64,000 nt of DNA from Candidatus Eremiobacteria bacterium (GTDB lineage Bacteria > Vulcanimicrobiota > Vulcanimicrobiia > Vulcanimicrobiales > Vulcanimicrobiaceae): the NCBI GenBank assembly GCA_963758295.1, contig CAVWUU010000001.1, positions 480,001-544,000 of the forward strand, given 5' to 3'. The first letter of the stretch is position 1, and every line of letters begins with the position of its first letter. A model generated the notes under the pieces. That model saw only the letters and a program-made list of their open reading frames with translations. It ran no database searches and was not told where the DNA came from. Both the position numbers and the translations under genes were made by a program. This document shows, in pieces, positions 63,803-64,000 of this stretch.

Positions 63803-64000
63803 CGCGCCCGCCGGCAACGGACGGCCGGCATACCATGCTGCGTGCGTGCTCGCGCGAGGAACACGCGGTTATTCCGCCCGCGGTTATCAAGCGTTGCATC
63901 AGCTCGCTATGGCCGGCTGGTAAGGAACTGAAGTTGCTTGGCAGCCAACCGGGCATGACGGGCCTACGCGTTTTAGCGCGGAAGCAACGAACTTTTTCGA

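Overview
GC-rich bacterial chromosomal window. The mix of Terrabacteria-like housekeeping genes and a large TonB-dependent receptor suggests a diderm Terrabacteria lineage such as Eremiobacterota/Vulcanimicrobiota (inference only). Many genes, including essential leuS, carry clustered 1-bp indels that are most likely long-read consensus errors. Content from left to right: comEC, galE-like epimerase, FAD monooxygenase, leuS, comEA; acyl-CoA ligase, PadR and a small Zn-ribbon protein; two tandem S10 peptidases; recQ; a BNR/VPS10 beta-propeller hydrolase; tsaE-tsaB-rimI-yqeK-rsfS-small protein-TPM; gyrA-trxA-selA-ABC substrate-binding protein; a ~900-bp array of CGTC-tagged palindromic repeats followed by an orphan promoter and a candidate ~75-nt RNA; a ~17-kb amine/polyamine catabolic locus (PatA, GabT, PucR regulator, TonB-dependent receptor, flavin amine oxidase, MmsA, omega-aminotransferase, APC permease, two ALDHs); selB and a purine deaminase; clpB, yihY, typA; a signalling cluster ending in a LuxR gene that overlaps tRNA-Sec; and a wHTH plus two small membrane proteins. 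The best candidates for undescribed biology are the PUL-like, TonB-coupled polyamine utilisation locus with paired operator boxes recurring at its three promoters, the repeat array with its adjacent sRNA, and the luxR/selC overlap. No cas genes, transposases or integrases were recognised.
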